A program made the translations under genes and the position numbers. From NCBI RefSeq assembly GCF_001194135.2, contig NC_068992.1:37079360-37143359 (forward strand): a stretch of 64,000 bases of DNA. The letters are read 5' to 3'. Shown piece by piece: positions 26,520-41,112 of the stretch (position 1 is its first letter; each line of letters begins with the position of its first letter). The notes beneath the pieces were generated by a model. It had not been told where the DNA came from. It did not search any database and saw nothing but the letters and a program-made list of their open reading frames with translations. The DNA comes from Octopus bimaculoides. Taxonomy: Eukaryota.

Positions 26520-26780
26520 TTTTAAGCATCATGTATTACTTGTCTACCTTAGGATTTTAAGTCTTAAGATCAGCCCTCACTACTTCATCTTATATTTCCC
26601 TGTGTCTCCTCTTCCACAACTTCTATCCAATTGACGCTTCCTCATACAACTGATCTCAACACACATCACATGACCATACCAGCACAGTCTTCTTTTATTC
26701 ATGTACACTGACATTGCACATGCTAGCTGATTTTCTATCTTGTCTACACATGTCCTGTGCATTCAGAGTTCAATTCTCAC
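26520..26780 (-). mobile_element. RTE LINE 3' coding fragment
   Basis: KRRLCWYGHVM…RGD(RP) motif. Confidence 0.65.
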
Positions 26781-26874
26781 AACCATGGACATTGTTGTTG
26801 ATACACAAGAATCATACAGTCTGTCTTCCATTCTGAGAGTGAAACCTTTTTCTTTTGTCCCCAACAGTGGTATA

Positions 26875-28137
26875 TACAAGGTGTGGACAATATTCGTTCA
26901 TATGATGACTGTTTCAAAAAAAAATAAAACAGTGCTTTTACTTTTTTACATATATTCATCAAATTTGGGTCAGTTTGTCACCATGACACGCACTGTAGAT
27001 CTCACTCAAATGAATCTGCTTTTGGCCTCAATGAACCCAACCAGACTACCTCAGACCTGGCCACAAACTTTCATCACTATCATATGTTTTAAGCCTCTGA
27101 AGGCCCTGGTAATCCTGGCCCTCAGTTCAACCTTCAAGTTGCTGCTAGAGTTGTTGTTCTCTCATTTCACTACACTCCACACAAGGAAGTCAAGTGGGTT
27201 GCAGGCAAATGTCAGGTGCTATGTGATCAAAGAAATTCTCTAACAGCCAGGTTTGAGTCTTCCAGCTGATCACAGAGTCTTGCTGCCACTTGTACGGTCT
27301 CCCTGCAGCTACCCAGTCAATCCAGAACTTCACCACCTTGCTCAGAACATGGATATAACTGTCGGTGTTCAGCCCAAGGGTCTCAGGGAAGAAGTGAGGT
27401 GGTGTGACATCACCTTCATTGCTGATGACACTAAAGACCAAGATTGTTGCTGGAAATTTCATGTGCATAATTTTGGACATGTCCTTGGGTGAGACAGCAA
27501 ACCACCTCTTGTTCTGGGAGATGATCTGGTTTTGGCAGAAATTCTTCTCACCAAAGAAGAACTGCAGAATGACTGGCTCTAACAAGTGTTTGAACTTGTT
27601 GATCATCTTCTTGTTGTGCTTGAGTCGTTTTCACTACACTGCCTTAGACAAAAATTGTCCCTTCATTATCTTGTATGAAAATACCATCATGTTTTTCATC
27701 CACACGCCTTTCTTCTGTGCAATGGCAAGTATCAACTTGCTGAGACCATTGTTGATGATCTCCTGGATTTCAGGGACGAATTCCCATGTTCTGATGGTGT
27801 CAGATTGTCGACCATGAGTTTTCCTCTCTGTTGTTGCCTAATAGTTGAATCTTGAATCTTCCAGCTCCTTTCTGACTTTTTCCACCATCCTTCTGCTGAT
27901 ATTGAGGAAACCTGAAATCTTCTTTGTCCTTCAGGCACATATTCCAAAGAGAAGTCCATGCCTCTTCCACAAATTGGAGTGTTCAAAAGTTTCCAAAATT
28001 TTCAATTATTATGCAAAAAAATAAAGTAAAAATAGTTATTGTTTTTAAGAAAAAAAAGGCCAACAATGAAAGTAAAAAAAAAATATGTGCAAAATAAGTA
28101 GTTGAAAATTGCAAACAAATACCATCCACACCCTGTA
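26875..28137 (-). mobile_element. Full-length Tc1/mariner element (maT/DD37D-like), degenerate transposase
   Basis: TIRs TACAAGGTGTGGACAATATT / RC TACAGGGTGTGGATGGTATT (16/20 match); KFPATILVFSVISNEGDVTPPHFF…GRPYKWQQDS. Confidence 0.88.
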
Positions 28138-28435
28138 ATAGCTGTACATGCATATATTTATATATATATATATATATATATATNNNNNNNNNNNNNNNNN
28201 NNNNNNNNNNNNNNNNNNNNNNNNNNNNNNNNNNNNNNNNNNNNNNNNNNNNNNNNNNNNNNNNNNNNNNNNNNNNNNNNNNNNNNNNNNNNNNNNNNNN
28301 NNNNNNNNNNNNNNNNNNNNNNNNNNNNNNNNNNNNNNNNNNNNNNNNNNNNNNNNNNNNNNNNNNNNNNNNNNNNNNNNNNNNNNNNNNNNNNNNNNNN
28401 NNNNNNNNNNNNNNATATATATATATATATACATG

Positions 28436-29240
28436 TACTGGGTCATCCCATAAATAATGCGGAATTTTCAACTGTATTAACTAAAAGTTGGAGGGGGACG
28501 GGATCAACTATCTGCATTGACTTACTATAAAAGCAGGTAGTAATTTTACCTTGTACTTATTCTTAGTACAAATTTTGAAGAGTGCAGTTCGATTTTAACA
28601 GTTATTTATTCAAAGCTATAATGGAAGAGACAAAGGAGCATATTCAGCATATTTTGCTTTATGAATTCAATAAAGGCAAAGATGCAGTGAGAAATGGGAA
28701 GAATATTAATGCAGTTTATGAGGATTGGAAAATAAGTATAAGTCAGTGTCAATGGTGGTTCCAAAAATTCCAAGCCAGAAACTACAGCCTAGAAGATGAG
28801 CCTTGTCCTGGAAAAACTGTAGAGCTCAATGAGGACATCTTGCAAATCCTGGTGGAACAAAATTGCATCATAACTATTGAAGAATTAGCAGAGAAGCTTG
28901 GATTTGTTCATCCAACCATTCATTTACACCTGCATGCCATCAGAAAAGTCAGCAAATTGGGTCAATGGGTTCCTCAAACTTTCCAAGTCTAATCACATGC
29001 AGAGAGTGAATGTGTGCTCTTCTTTGTTGTCACATCTCAGGATTGAACTTTTATTTGACCAAATAGTGACTGGTGACAAGAAATGGCTTCTCTATAAAAA
29101 TGTCAAGCACCAAAGACAGTGAGTAGGGAAAAGACAAACACTGGCACTCCAGGGTAAAGAAGGTCTTCACCTGCATAAGGTGTTGTTATCTGTTTGGTGG
29201 AATATGAAAGGTTTAGTCTACTTTGAACTTTTAAATCAAA
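28436..29240 (+). mobile_element. Mariner (Hsmar1/cecropia-like), 3'-truncated
   Basis: TIR-like TACTGGGTCATCCCATAA; MEETKEHIQHILLYEFNKG…SLEDEPCPGK…KLGQWVP, IVTGDKKW, KVLLSVWW. Confidence 0.9.
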
Positions 29241-29259
29241 AACTTTTAAATATCTAACT

Positions 29260-29830
29260 ATACCTATGGTTGCTGGAAAATTGATTGCCTCATAGGAGTA
29301 AGAATCTTCTACCTATATTTGTCCAAACATTTAGGGAGAAGTGCAGGTTGAACCATAAAATATTGTGAGACCTATTCTTATGACTAGATAGTTGAGGAGG
29401 TAGAGGATTATAAAATATTTCATCAGTAAAGCTGCTATCCTGTAAACATTTATTATGATAGGGGATGATTCTTCAAATATTTCTGTAGATGAAGAAATAC
29501 ATGCAATTCTACTGCTAATGTTAGGAATTAAATTCTTAAATATTTAAGTCTTAAAGAACTAAAGGTGGAAAGGAATCCATAGAGTCCCAATAGTGAGTGA
29601 CAGCCAAAGCATTACCTTGGTATATACCAATGCCATGGTTAGGTAAATTTGAAATATGTATAGTCCAACCAAATTGCATATATCCATGTTATCACACAAA
29701 CCCACTGGCACATTGAATTTGTCAAAAGTATTGTTTTTTGGTTCAAATAAATCCATCACTAGATAGGACTGTTTTACATACTTACATAATGAGGTTTATT
29801 TCTTACTCAACAATGATTTACAAATTGACA
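29260..29830 (-). mobile_element. PLE RT/thumb fragment with an internal deletion
   Basis: FNVPVGLCDNMDICNLVGLYI; NISSRIACISSSTEIFEES; ILWFN.HFSLNVWTNIGRRFL. Confidence 0.75.
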
Positions 29831-31479
29831 TGCAAATACCAATCCATTGCACAATGGGGAACCAGAAATCTACAATATCAGACTGTGAGAATTTTATCTT
29901 ACTTTTAGTGTGGATGGTTTTGAACCAAGATATCACTGAGAAGCAATTGCAAATCTTTTCTGTTCGGCTTCATTTTTTGAAATTAAGTAAAAAAAATTTT
30001 AATTTTTAAATTTGGTATTTTGATGTAATTTTTCATGCTGAATCTGGTGTTGTTATTCACTTACTCCAGGAAAGTTTTCGAAAAATATTACAGAGGTTTA
30101 AAGTTTGGTAATTTTTACCCAATCGGAAAACAGGATTTGGAAGGTGGCATTTTTTGTGTGTGATGACAGCATTACAACAACAAAACATTCACTGATGGAA
30201 GTTTTAAAAAGTTTTAATGAATAAAGTCATGTGAAATGTTGGAACAGGCACGTAATGCGAAAAATTACCAAAAAAAAAAAAGACACTAAATCTTAAATTA
30301 CAAAGCAAACAAACTAAACATTTAATCACAAATACAAAAATAAAGCAAACTATAGCTCACTTCATGTAACAATCAAATTGCTGGAAAGGCAGTCAAATCT
30401 TCTACCAAAGAACACCCTAATGTCATAAAATAAGGAAGGACCTACTAGATTATAGTAGTCTTAGGTAACTCTAAAACTGTGGGGTGTTCAGCATTGGAAT
30501 GCTCCTTTTGATCATAGGTCTACCCAATCAATTGCATCCTCAGTTTTCAATTTCTCCATCATATATGAAAGATTACACAAGTTGGCAACAGACAGATAAG
30601 CAGACTACACAACAGCTTGACTTGTTACTATGGAAACAGGCACCAATATGTCTGTGGCTTTCCATTTGCTAAAATTACCCAAAATTTACAAACTTTAAAA
30701 GCTATTAATTTTTTATTTATCAATTTAAGGCAAAAATGATAGACAAGAAAACTTGAGATTAAAAAGGATGAGTTTAAGCATATCATATGTATGGAAGATT
30801 CCAACTTAGTCTATCCATTAAAAATTAGGCTAAGCCTAATTCAATGTTGTCTGTTAAGATGTTCTAGAGTGAATTATGTGCATTACTAATCCAGGATTTG
30901 AGTGGGGCTGCTATACAAAAGTTAGTGGGATTACAGGTATTCCTCCAACTGAGTGTGTAAGAAGTGGTATAACATACACTTCATATTACTGGATCTGGTA
31001 ATGTTACTAGGCTTACACAATGCAGGCATGTGTGAGAGACCCAGAGACTGGGTTCCATATTGACAGGTAGAAATCTGTGAGAATTCTATCTTACTTTTAG
31101 TGTAGATGGTTTTGAACCAAGATATCACTGAGAAGCAATTGCAAATCTTTTCTGTTTGGCTTCACTTTTAGAAATGAAGTAAAAAAAATTTTAATTTTCA
31201 AATTTGGTAATTTGAAGTTGAAATTTATACAGTGTCACGTGACAACTAGCATGTTGTGTTTGTGGTGGATAAGGAAGCCTACCAGCGAGTATTTAAAGGG
31301 AAATTTGGCAGGATGGTCAGTCACCCACTGACACTTGTTGACACGGCATCGAAGAAGCCAGGGAAGAGAAGAAAAAAGGAGAAAGAAGAAATGCACTGAA
31401 CACCAGAGCTAAAGACGCCTCCAAAAGGATGGTGGGGAACAACATGTCAAAAATGGTAGAGGAGTAGGGGATGAAACCA

Positions 31480-32400
31480 GAGGTGGTTCCTCCTGATGAT
31501 GTCTTTAGCCACTAGATCCTATAAAGGAGCTGTTGGGGTAGCAAACTACGAAACATGGTTGAAATTCTTAAATATGTAAATATGGTCAGTTGGAGTGGGG
31601 TAATCATTAGTATCAAGTGAAGAAGAGTGACAATTATCCCAAATGGGAATATATTTAATTTTATTCTTATAGTTGGCTTGACCAAATGTGTCCTTATACA
31701 AGTCATTGTTTGCTGATAGGATAGAGATCCTATAGGATACGCTATCAACTATAGATCTAAGGACAGAAAGAGAAGGTTTGGAAAGAAAGATAACATAATT
31801 CTCACTCGGTTTGTGGTAGGGGTGGAATTGAGTTGTATTATAGTACCAATGTGACATCTAAGGGGTCAGCAATTTTAAGGTTATTACTAAAAGAGACATG
31901 TAGGCCCATGCTTTTGAAGAAATATCTAATTCTCTTTCTATTCTCTTTCTCAAGCTCAATATTACTAAAACCCTGAACTGAGAACAGAGGGTCATCCTTA
32001 TAAAGATCCCTACAGAGTAGAGGGAAATTATTATGGGGAAAATGTAACAAATATATCCCCATGAGGTCAGTCATCTGGATAAAGCCACTGAACCCGATAA
32101 CGATACAAAAGTTACTTGGAGTGTCTTTACAAGCTCAAAGTTTCCCATCAAATTTAATAACAGTGCAATGATCAGTGAAGATAGTATCGATTTCCTTCCT
32201 GATGAGATCAGAGTATTTTTAGAGCATAGATAAATGCTTTGTTAAGTAAGGGAGTTGAAACACTAGAATAGTAATTATTAATATCCACTTCGATAAATTT
32301 GTATTCACCTTCAAACCAATAAATAACATCACAGTATTTACCCACAAGTCAAGTTTAAGTTTAGCACTGAGATGTGCACTTACTAACTAACTTTCCGAAA
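31480..32400 (-). mobile_element. PLE RT fragment
   Basis: WVNTCDVIYWF..FIEVDINNYYSS; DLMGIYLL…LYKDD; FFKSMGL…NLKIADPLDVTL; SYRISILSANNDLY. Confidence 0.85.
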
Positions 32401-32594
32401 TAGATTCCTACCTCTCAGGGTTGAAAAGCTATATGCCTTCAGCTTTAGACTCTAACAAGTCATCCATGGGACTAAGCTCTTTATGGATGTAAAGCCATTG
32501 GAAACTCTATGACCAGACACATAATTAACTCCATATAAAAACATTACATGCTTCAGAGTGTGCTTCTTTTTCTTATATATGATACACTGATGGT

Positions 32595-32675
<81 letters not shown>

Positions 32676-32676
<1 letters not shown>

Positions 32677-32703
32677 TAGCAAATACACCCATCCTTTGGA
32701 TGG
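32676..32703 (-). mobile_element. Helitron-like 3' terminus
   Basis: RC: hairpin CCATCC-AAA-GGATGG, 9 nt, then CTAG|T abutting (TA)n. Confidence 0.5.
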
Positions 32704-34798
32704 TTTAAATTGCTTTGGTGGGGTTTTTTTCACCAAATAATTGAACTACCAAGAAGGTTAATGAGTAGCAGAGCAATCTGTTTCTGATAAACCTAGGAAT
32801 GGAAAACCAAATTGAAGGCTGGTTATTGTGGAGGTCATTGCACTTTAATGATCATGGAACCTATAAGTTTGCAAGCGATGCAAAGTAGAGCTACTGAAGT
32901 GTTTTGGGAGTAGATTACGGATAATGACTACAAAATATAGTTATTTTTCCTGAACAATGAGTGGCATATTCATCAGCAAGATCACAGTTGAGCACTTTTG
33001 ATGCCCATTAACTACTTGATGGCTTCCAATAGCCATGGGCAAAAAAAGTTTAGGAAAATGGGTTTTAGTGTACCAAGTGTTAATTGATTTTATTATAAGC
33101 TAACAAAAGCCCCTTTATTCTGTCTTCCCACATAGCCTGGGCATAAACTAACAGTGACTGCCACATAAAGTTAAATTTGTATGGAACTTCTGAAAGATAT
33201 GTATAGCTTTTGCTAGTGGAAGTAAAACTCTTATTTAAAGGTTGATTTTTTTGGATGAATCATATGTGAATGTTTAAAAAAAGCAAGAATGGCAATGCTA
33301 AAATGTTTTTGAAACAATGGACAACAGTCGAAATATTATAATAGATGAGTAAATAAACATCCTTAAAGTGAAACAACGCATCGGCAGGTAAACAAAGGTA
33401 TCAACAAATAGAAGAGAAGGAAGGGAAAATCACCTTTCAAGTAATTCAGAATAGGTAAAGGTAAGCTTGCCAAAGTTTAATGCAGTTTAAATATGGAGAT
33501 TAAGATTGTTTGTTATTGGATATTCATCACGTACAATGTTTCTAGTCAATTTAATCACCATTGCTGGTGGATAGTCAAAATAAATGTGGAGACTGAGAGT
33601 TGGAAAGGGAGAAAATAAATTGCCATGTGAAATAAGAATACGATAGCTTTAAATTGTTAAATACCAAAGTAAAGTGAAAAAAATATGGAATTTTGTTTTT
33701 TCATAAAAAAGAAGGTAGAATCAAAAACCTTTTCACAAATATTTGGTAGGGCAAGGCTGGTATTTATCAGCTTGAGAACAATTGCTATAAACTAAGAAGA
33801 CCAGTGTGCCACAGTCTTAGTTTTATTTACTAATCTGTAGTTTTAAATTGAATTTCTGGATAATCCTGTGCCAATCGTATACTAGAATTATTTCTATTCC
33901 TCTCACACTTTTTGTCTGTTTTTCTCTCTGTCTTTCTAGAAGAAATCAGCTCTAGTCAAATTTAGCAAGGCTTCTGCCAGATCTAAAAATGCCTAAGACA
34001 TGCCATATGTCATGATAGCCCTACTGCAACTCCATCAAAGAGTAGAAAGCCTTAGACAAGACCAAGGCAAGTTTTAATAAATATTCCTGGATGGTGGAGT
34101 GGAAACTAAATATCTTATAGTAATTAATGTGAACCAGTTACATTCTAGATTCAAATAATACGGAAGCTGGCTTTACTTTTCCAATTTCTGTAGCCAGTAA
34201 AATAAGTACTAAACATTTACTGAGTTCAGTTCAATTGATGTAACAATCCTTTAAAAACATGTGGTCTTATATCACAGTGAGAAATCAACAATGGTTACAA
34301 ATTATCTCAAATTTTATATGATAAAGCAGACCGGAGAAAAAGAGAAATTGTCAGGTTTCAAAGAACATCAACAATATAACAGAGGTGAAATAACCTCAAT
34401 CAGAAACCAAAACTAGACAACAGACTCAGCTTTGCTGCTAATTATCACTTTTGTGCTTTCTAAATCTAAATCAACTGCAAAGATGGGAAAAGAAATATAT
34501 AAATACATATATATATATACTTACAACATTCCAATATAATTTCGTGCAGCATAATCAATGAGTGTGAATAGTGTACCCTGTTTTTCCTAAAAGAAAGGAT
34601 CAAGTTTAAATATAACACTAAGTCAAAAAACAGTCAAAAAGTGGGAAATGAAACAACAGAGAAAGAATGCAGTATGATGAATAAGGTGTTAGTTTAATAT
34701 CAGAATGAAAAGAAACAATATCCTTGATGTTAACTCCTCATTATGAGATAAAAGGAGGCATAGATGAAAAAATATGAGAAGGCAGGAGAGAGGGGAGT

Positions 34799-34802
34799 AG
34801 TG

Positions 34803-34867
<65 letters not shown>
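34799..34867. repeat. (CAG)n(TAG)n microsatellite
   Basis: Trinucleotide array. Confidence 0.95.
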
Positions 34868-35089
34868 TTAGGAAAATGAAGGATGACAACTAAAATGGTT
34901 TGAAACCCTGGAAATAACTTTCCAAATGAAGTGATGTAAAAAAAAAAGTATGGCTAAGTGTGTAAGTCAAGTGCTTATGTATGTGTAAGGAGGTTGTGCA
35001 TATATGCAATGTGAGAATAAACAAAGCATGTGACAAGGTATGCATGCATGCATGCATACATACATACATACATACATACATACATACAT

Positions 35090-36631
35090 ACATACATAGA
35101 ATATATACAGCATGTTTAAACCTCTTTCTCCAAGACCGTTGTGAAAGTAATAACATCATCCCAGCAGAACAAGCAGCTGGGAAGAAGGGAGTCTGGGGAT
35201 GTACTGAGTAATTGTTCATAAATAAAACTGTAATGTCAAAGGTATGGGAGCATAAGAGGAATCTAGTTTCAATGTGGTTGGACTACAAGAAAGCTTTTGA
35301 CTCTGTCCCCCATTCATGTGTGCTAGAAGCCCTTCAACTTGCTAAAATTCCTGAGCATAGTCAAAGCCACAGCTGACCTGACTTCATCGTGGGCCACCAT
35401 CTTGAAATTAAACACAAGGTATGACTGTTTTATCATCGATAAAATGCAGTATCGCAGAGGCATATTCCAAGGAGACAGCCTCTCTGTGATGTTGCTAGTA
35501 TTTTCTGTAAACCCCTTGTCATTCATGTTAGGCAACTCTGAAGAACATCTCACTGGTTCACTGTTTCTCTGTGGATGACTTGAAACTGTATGCCAAGAAT
35601 ATGCATGAGATAAAAAAGAGTGTTGACCGGGTTACAACATTCTCAAAGGATATAGGGTTATAGTTTGGCCAGGATAAATGTTGCTATATGGTAGTGAAAA
35701 GAGGGAAAACTACTATAAACCAGACTAGCAACATCATCAGTGACTTAACTGTTTCCTCTATATCTGATGAGGAATGTTACAGGTATCTAGGAGTGGGTGA
35801 AAGCATATCTTACAATGGCACCTGTAACAAAAAAACATGTCACTAAAGAATATTACTGCTGAATAAAGAAAATATTTTTTTTATGGGCTTTGGAAATCTC
35901 TGCATTCAATAAAACATTGCCCACAATATGTTTGCAGTGCCAGTACTCATACCAACATTTGGGCTACTTTAATGGATGCTTGATGAGATCTGAGCTATTG
36001 ATGTGGAAACCTGGAAGATACTGACCAACACAAATAATTTTCACATCAATAATGACGCAGACTGCCTCTACCTAAAATAAAAACAAGGGGGCAGGGGCTT
36101 AACACCGATCCAGACTGCCTTTGAATGTTGTATCATATCCCTTTGGCAACATCTTTTAACCACCAAATGTCAAAGTGCATCCCTTGACCAAGTTTGCATG
36201 CATGTAGCTGATTCATAAGACTTGAAAAGCAGCTCCTTGAGCAGCATTCACCTTGTCTGATAAACTTAAATACATTCCCAAAGAAGTCGCACAACTCTAC
36301 TGTAATGTATCATCAGATGAAAGGATGAGCATATATCAGTAGAAGACCATGCATGGAGATGTTATTAGAAATAAGAACCAGTCATAATAAAAAAAGAATA
36401 CTGTGTCTCAATAAAAACCTGAATAAAATGTAAACATAATAGACCTGACAGAGTCATTTTGAACAGAGAAGAGAAGCTGTGTACAGTTGTAGAAATCAGT
36501 TTCCCAACAGACGTTGATATAAAATTAAAGATCAGCAAAAAAGAAAATACCTACTCTGAACTACTGGAAAATTATCCAGATTGCAAGTTCAGGTTTATAC
36601 CTGTAATTATTGGGGCACTGGGATATGTAAC
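35090..36631 (+). mobile_element. R4/Dong-like RLE LINE (RT and RLE), degenerate; 5' part of an element split by a Gypsy insertion
   Basis: IIPAEQAAGKKGVWGCTE, WLDYKKAFDSVPH, YRRGIFQGDSLSV, DDLKLYA, RPD…VVEISFP…FIPVIIGALGYVT. Confidence 0.9.
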
Positions 36632-39600
36632 TATGATGATGATGATGATGAGAAGAAGAAGAAGAAGAAGAAGAAGAAGAAGAAGAAGAAGAAGAAGAAG
36701 AAGAAGAAGAAGAAGAAGAAGAAGAAGAAGAAGAATGGAACAATCCTTCCACATGACAAGTGGTATGTGTTAGTTGTTACAAATACTGTGACGTTGAGAA
36801 GTTAGGTAAGTTGGTCATAGATACTCATGTCTTTACTTGTCTAACTAACTATACTGCTATACTGGAGTGGGCGTTATAACAGTCTGACACTGGATTACAA
36901 CAGTGGTGATGAGGAATTAACAAACTCACAAGGAATTAACAAATGCACAAGGATTAAACAAACTCACAAGGTGTTATGAAACTCACAAAAGTTTTTGCGC
37001 AAATTTTATGGTATGCAAAATCGCAAAATTATGGAAGATTTGTTGGCCGGTTTGCTCAAGTTGCAAAAACAGCAACAACAAGTGCAAGAACAACAACAAC
37101 AACACCAATTATTATTACAGCAACAAATGCTACAATTAATGATGAGAAAGTCATCCAAAAATGCTGAAAAGACATTGTTGCCAGATTATGTTGCAAACTC
37201 AATAATGGAATTTAAGTATGAACCAGACGAAGGAGTTACCTTCAAGGCATACTATAGAAGATCCAAACAGATCTTCAGTAAAGAGTGCAAAGATTGGGAC
37301 GATGATATGAAAATATGTCTAATCCTAAAAAACTGGCAGCAGGAGAACATGAGTGTTACAGCAATTATGTACTCTTAGAAAAACCATCTGATATAAACTT
37401 TAGAAATACAATAGATATTTTGTGTAAAATTTTTAGCGAGAAAAGCTTGTCGTTGAATACACATGGGAAATGTCTGAACCTAGAAAAGAACAATGAGGAG
37501 GACAACATCACACTTGCTGGTAGAGTTAACAGAGAATGTGAAAAGTTCAAACTGGATGAGTTAATGCCAGGCATGCTCAAGTACCTGATATTTACTCAGG
37601 GACTAACTGTAGAAAAAGACACAGAAGTAAGAACAAGAATTCTCACTAAGCTGGGACAAAACAAGCTGTAACCTTACAACAAGTATCAGAAGAGTGTGAA
37701 AGAATAGTAAATTTAAGACACGACACAGAAAATTGAACACAAAGATTGCTCCGAGGTAAAGCAAGTACAAAACAGGCAGAATAGAAATCAAATGTGTACT
37801 AAAATACAGTACAAACAGGACAAAATCAGGAAATAAACCCATGTTTTGCATGTGGAAGTCTGTGGAAAAATTGGACACGTAAAACCAAGACAACAAAACG
37901 GAACAAAGAAAAAGGAATAAGCAAGATGTCATTGAAAGAAAATGGTAGTGTGACAAAGAGGAAATTCGTAAATGTGAAAATTAAAAATATAAGAGTAAAA
38001 ATGCAGTTAGATACTGGAAGTGATATTAACATTGTGAATGAAGAAACTTGGAAGTATATTGGTAAGCCAAAGTTAAGTAAATCTACAAAAGTAACACACA
38101 GTGTTATGGGTAAAAGATTGTATTTTGTAGGTGAATTTGTGTGTAATGTGACATTTTGTGACCAAATGAAAATGGCAAAAAAATTCAGCTAATCTATTCA
38201 GCACAGAGTGGATGGAACTGTTCAAATTGTGGAATATGCCCATAAGTGTTTTTTGTGTGCGAATATAGTTGGTTCAATTGAAGTTTCAAATGTGACTGAG
38301 GGACTGAAACAGAAAATAGAACATTTATTTCCAGATGCTTTCTGTGATGAACTGGGCTGCAGCACAAAAACGAAGGCAAAATTGTAGTAACACTGGTATT
38401 TAAGCCAAAACATAATGTACCATTTGTGGCGCTAGTGTGGCACTAGAACAGGTAAATAAGGAACTTGAAAGACTTGAAAGCCTAGGAATAATCAAGGACT
38501 ACTCAGATTGGGCAGCACCTACAGTCTACATAAAAAGAAAAACAGTAAGTTAATTTCTTGGAGGCATAGAAGTCAAAGAAGAAGGCTCACACTTATTAGC
38601 CATTAATACACACCGTGACTTATTTAAATTTAAGCAGTTTCCCTTTAGTGTAAAAGTGGTCCCTTCTATATTTCAACAAATAATGGATACAATGCTAGCA
38701 GACAGTGATCTTGCTATTGCCTATTTAGACGATAACTTAATAAAAAGCAAATCACACAAAAAACATATAGAGTACATAAAAAGGGTATTTAAAATAAGAG
38801 AATATGGTTTAAAGTAAAGTGAAGAAAAGTGTGAGTTCTTTCTGAAAAATTGAAAACTTGGGCCAGATAATAGATAAAAACAGATGGAAACCAGATCCAT
38901 CCAGAGCAATTGCAATAAAAAATATGCCCATGCTGAATAATGTGACTATGCTACAAGCATTTTTGGGATTAGTAAATTACTATCAAGTTTATATTCCTAA
39001 TATACATAATGTAAGAGCCCCATCAAATGATTTGTTAAAGAAAAATGCAAAGTGGTGATGGCATTTGATGAATTAGAAAACATTTTAACATCAAACTTAT
39101 TTGTTAATGCATTTTGATCCAAAGCCAAATATTATATTGGCTACAGATGCGAATGATTATGGTGTGGAAGCACTGCTTTTGCACAAATATAACGATGGGA
39201 ATGAAAAGGCTATAGTCCATGTATCATGATAGTTATTATCAGCAGAAAGGAACTATAACCAAATAGAAAAGGAAGTATTAGCAATCATATTCGATGTGAA
39301 AAATTTGCATAGATTTATTCATGGAAGAGTTTTCCATCTACAAATGGATCATTGCCCACTACTGTCGATATACAGTTCTAAAAGAAGAATACCAGCACAC
39401 ACAGTGAATAGACTACAGCAATGGGGCACTACAATATTTAATTCTGATTATAAAATGGAATATTTACTGTCAAAAAAACTAGGGCATGTGGATGGTTTGT
39501 CCAGACTGATACTGAAACACTGAGAGCCATTCTAAGATATGGTAATTGCAGCATTAAGATCAGAAGGAGAAATAAAAAATGTAATGAGGAATGTGATACG

Positions 39601-41107
39601 CAAATCATCGATGACCCTTGAAGACATAAAACGAAATGAGGAAAAGGACAAACTCATAACAGAAATGAAAGGAATACTGTGAACAGGAAAAGTAAATAGG
39701 AACAGGATTGGTGCAAAATGAAAAACCATCATGTGAACCTATACTCAATTTTTGATGGTGTACTGATGTATACACAGAAAGTAGTAATACTTGAAACACT
39801 GCAAAAGAAAAATGCTGAGCGAATTCCATGTTGGACATCCTGGTATTTTGAGGATGAAAACTTTAATGCATAGCTATGTGTACTGGCCAAAAATGGATAG
39901 AAAATAGAAAATTTAGTGAAAGGCTATAGAGGATGTGCCCCAGCAGCAAAATTACTGATGATAAAAAGTTAACCTTGGCTAAAAGTAGATGTTCTCTGAT
40001 CAAGATTACACATTGATTTCACTAGTCCCTTAAACAGTTCATGCTACTTGGTGGTAGTAGATAGTTTCACTAAATGGCCAGAAATTTGTATGTGTAAAAA
40101 TCCAACCTCCTCAACTATGATAAACTTCCTACAGGAGTTGTTTGTGAGATTTGGTGTCCCAGACACAATAGTATCTGACAATGGAACGCAATTTTCGTAA
40201 AACATTCACTGTTGAACATGTAACTACTGTGCCATATCATCCTAGATCTAACAGACAAGTAGAACACTTAGTCAATATGTTTAAAAGAGCCTTAAGAAAA
40301 TCAAATAAGGAAGTCATGGATGAGGTAGCTCTACAAGAATTCCTAAGAGTATACTGGGTGACACCAAATCCAAATACACCAGCAGGTATGTCACCAACGG
40401 AGCTGATGTTTGCAAAGAAAATAAAATCAGTTTTCGACAAATTGCTAATTCGTAAGTAAAGGAAAATTGTAATGGATAATACAGGAAGATATTTCAAAAT
40501 TTGTGAAAGTTTATTTGTTAGGGCATATAAGAACAGAAAACAAAGTTGGGAAGATGGTGTGATTACCAAAAGCATAGGAAAAATGTTATACTTGGTACAA
40601 GAAAGAAAAGGGATGTATATGACACATGAACCAACTAAAAAAAAGATTTGTTGAGAGCGAACCTGAGAGAATGGAAGAACCAATGGAATGGCTATATGAT
40701 ACTTTTCAAGTACCAACGCAGCTACAGATAATTGAATCCAGATACACAAGCGAAGGAAAAAGAAAATGTACAGAGTTCCCGGAAGTGGATGCCAAACAAA
40801 AAAAATATTAAATTTGTAACAGTATGAGATTTTTTGTCAAATTTTTACATCACTGGAGTGATGTAAAAATTTATTGGAATTAAAAAAAAATTACGCTTCC
40901 TAAGAAAAAATAAAACATGAAAAGGGGAGATGTTATGGGGATAATAATAATAATGGAACACCCCTCCCATGCAACAAGTGGTATGTGCTAGTTGTTACAA
41001 GTACTGTTACGTCGAGAAGTCGGTCATAGATAGTTGTGTCTTTACTTGTCTAACTATACTGCTATACTGGAGTGAATGTCATGACAGTCCGACATTGGAT
41101 TACAACA
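36632..41107 (+). mobile_element. Ty3/Gypsy (Mag-like) LTR retrotransposon with both LTRs, degenerate
   Basis: LTRs 36632-36902 and 40931-41107 (TG…CA at the 3' copy); PBS-like TGGTGATGAGG (36904); PPT AAAAGGGGAGA; 5-bp TSD GTAAC (36627-36631/41108-41112); Gln-rich gag, MQLDTGSD, AYLDD, ATDA, VSDNGTQF, PYHPRSN. Confidence 0.95.
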
Positions 41108-41112
41108 GTAAC

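Noticed and set aside
34413-34474. Possible terminal exon on the minus strand (VDLDLESTKVIISSKAESVV*)
   Set aside because: Only 20 codons, with no supporting exons or homology
36915-36972. 19-bp triple repeat that looks like a CRISPR-type array
   Set aside because: No spacers; a tandem repeat in the Gypsy leader of a eukaryotic genome
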